Shown: piece by piece, positions 62,514-64,000 of the stretch | Position numbering within the stretch: the stretch's first letter is position 1 | How the letters are laid out: each line of letters begins with the position of its first letter | Assembly (NCBI GenBank): GCA_963663405.2 | Contig: CAXXSM010000021.1 | Location: 1 to 64,000, forward strand | Reading direction: 5' to 3' | Length of the DNA: 64,000 bases | DNA from: a bacterium | Lineage (GTDB): Bacteria; Hinthialibacterota; Hinthialibacteria; Hinthialibacterales; Hinthialibacteraceae | The notes under the pieces: generated by a model | The model's input: the letters and a program-made list of their open reading frames with translations, nothing else | Told to the model about the DNA's origin: nothing | Databases searched by the model: none | Program-made: the position numbers and the translations under genes

Positions 62514-63212
62514 CTAGTTTCCTTCTTTCCATTCACGCAGTAAATATTCCGGTATCCGGCCCAGAATGCCTTCCACTACACCGATGGCGTCTTCGAATTC
62601 TTTGATTGAGAATGTTCCGCTTCGGTAGACGAGGATCTCGCTGTCTTGGATATCGATGGTGAATGTGGGCGCCGAGAGGAGAAATTCCATCGTTTCTTGA
62701 TGGATGACATCGTAAGCCCAGCGTTTATCGGGGGATTGGACGTAAAATTTCCGGCTGAATTCGGAGGATTCGAAATCGATATCATCGTACCCAAAGAATT
62801 CCGTAACCCGGTCGAAAAATCCTTCGGGGCGGATAAATAATGGTTTGAGGGGGAGGCCTGAATTGATGATGACCGCGGAAAAATAGTGATTGTGTGTTTT
62901 GCGGTTCCCCTTCGAATCGGTTGAGTGAGTTTCGTAATGATAGTCGAACGCGAAAACGCCACGCTTATTCAGCCGGCCTTTCATCAAATTGTAACCATAC
63001 CGATTGGATCCCTGACGCAGGCAGGTAAATTTACCGTATCGGTCGTCCAGCGCATAATCGCTGCCGGGATCGAAGGTGAATCCCTTCGATTCACACCAGG
63101 CGGTCAGTTCCTTCCTCCGTTTTTGCGCTTGAATAACCCCAAAGACGATCCCGACGATCACAAGGGCAAAAAAGGCGAAAAAGATTAAAAATTCCATTAA
63201 AAATACCTCCAA
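62514..63212 (-). CDS. Membrane-anchored hypothetical protein
   Basis: N-terminal TM; FDYHY, IRPE, DIDFES.EFSRKF. Confidence 0.65.
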   Translation of the reverse strand: MEVFLMEFLIFFAFFALVIVGIVFGVIQAQKRRKELTAWCESKGFTFDPGSDYALDDRYGKFTCLRQGSNRYGYNLMKGRLNKRGVFAFDYHYETHSTDSKGNRKTHNHYFSAVIINSGLPLKPLFIRPEGFFDRVTEFFGYDDIDFESSEFSRKFYVQSPDKRWAYDVIHQETMEFLLSAPTFTIDIQDSEILVYRSGTFSIKEFEDAIGVVEGILGRIPEYLLREWKEGN

Positions 63213-63397
63213 TGACGCAGACTTGCCGCGCGTTTACCTCGACAGCCTACTGCCAGGTTCGTATGGATTCAAGGAAATGAGAATTGTGTGACAACCATTT
63301 CTTATTGCTTGCGCCTTGTTCTTCATTTTCGTATACTCATACAGAAGTCACAGGCTTGTATTAGAAGACAGGATTCTATTCCGCTTGAGGCGTTCTG

Positions 63398-64000
63398 ATG
63401 AATATGTATTCGATTGTCGCGTTGGCGTTTGGGCCGGGGGTGTTTTGGCTTTGGTATTTTTACAAAAAGGATAAGCTGGAACCGGAGCCGAAATCCTATA
63501 TTTTGAAAATCTTCTTTGCGGGGATGCTGGTGATTGTTCCTGTTTTAGCCGCTGAGTGTCTCTGCCATTGCGCCGCGAATTTTATTAGTCAATTTTCGAA
63601 TTTCTATCTCGTTGTTCTTATCGCGCCGATTGTCGAAGAATATGGGAAATTTTTTGTCGTCCGTAAAATGGTGTATCACGATCGGGAATTTGATGAACCG
63701 ATGGATGGAATCGTCTATGCGGCGGCGGCGGCGTTGGGTTTCGCTTCCGTCGAGAACCTGATGTATTTAACCGCGACGAATTTTTCGAGTGAGCCGGTTC
63801 CTGAACTAGGAAATGGGTCCGTCTACAACGCGGTGCTGACTCTCTCGTTTTTACGCGCTATTCTCTCTGTTCCCGCCCACGTGTTGTTTTCCAGCATGTG
63901 GGGGTATGCGTTGGGAGTGGCGAAATTTCTGCACGATCCGATCCGGGGCCGCCGATATATCCTTCATGGGTTGGTCCTCTCCATCGTCTTGCATGGTATA
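63398..64000 (+). CDS. prsW: PrsW-family intramembrane metalloprotease (runs off the window end)
   Basis: Translated by eye: KDKLEPEP, APIVEEYGK, FDEPMDGIVYA, LGFASVEN, VPAH. Confidence 0.85.
   Translation, partial: MNMYSIVALAFGPGVFWLWYFYKKDKLEPEPKSYILKIFFAGMLVIVPVLAAECLCHCAANFISQFSNFYLVVLIAPIVEEYGKFFVVRKMVYHDREFDEPMDGIVYAAAAALGFASVENLMYLTATNFSSEPVPELGNGSVYNAVLTLSFLRAILSVPAHVLFSSMWGYALGVAKFLHDPIRGRRYILHGLVLSIVLHGI

Overview
Bacterial chromosomal window with moderate GC. The Tat oxidoreductases, fucosidases, pilin-like genes and a recurring C-terminal V-x-D-W-x-L-[YHF] tail suggest an uncultured Sumerlaeota/Hinthialibacterota-like lineage (inference only). Housekeeping genes are rplM-rpsI, queD-queE, hisH-hisF, malQ and tRNA-Tyr/tyrS. 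Other content includes two-component and ECF-sigma modules, glycan enzymes (GH95, GH29) and secreted proteins. Several genes are split by single-base indels, mostly in homopolymers, which are probably sequencing errors. Main highlights: (1) a GxxExxY PD-(D/E)XK-type nuclease gene sits inside four 91-bp palindromic units with 9-nt internal periodicity, and related solo arms occur elsewhere, resembling REP/RAYT architecture with a different nuclease. (2) An archaeal-type TyrRS lies next to a tRNA-Tyr with the archaeal C1:G72 pair but a bacterial long variable arm. (3) Unrelated secreted proteins share a C-terminal motif, a candidate sorting signal. (4) A 2.7-kb IS with 27-bp TIRs, an 8-bp TSD and a probable -1 frameshifted transposase interrupts a hybrid histidine kinase. 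(5) A second REP/MITE-like family and nested micro-insertions are present. No database searches were run.
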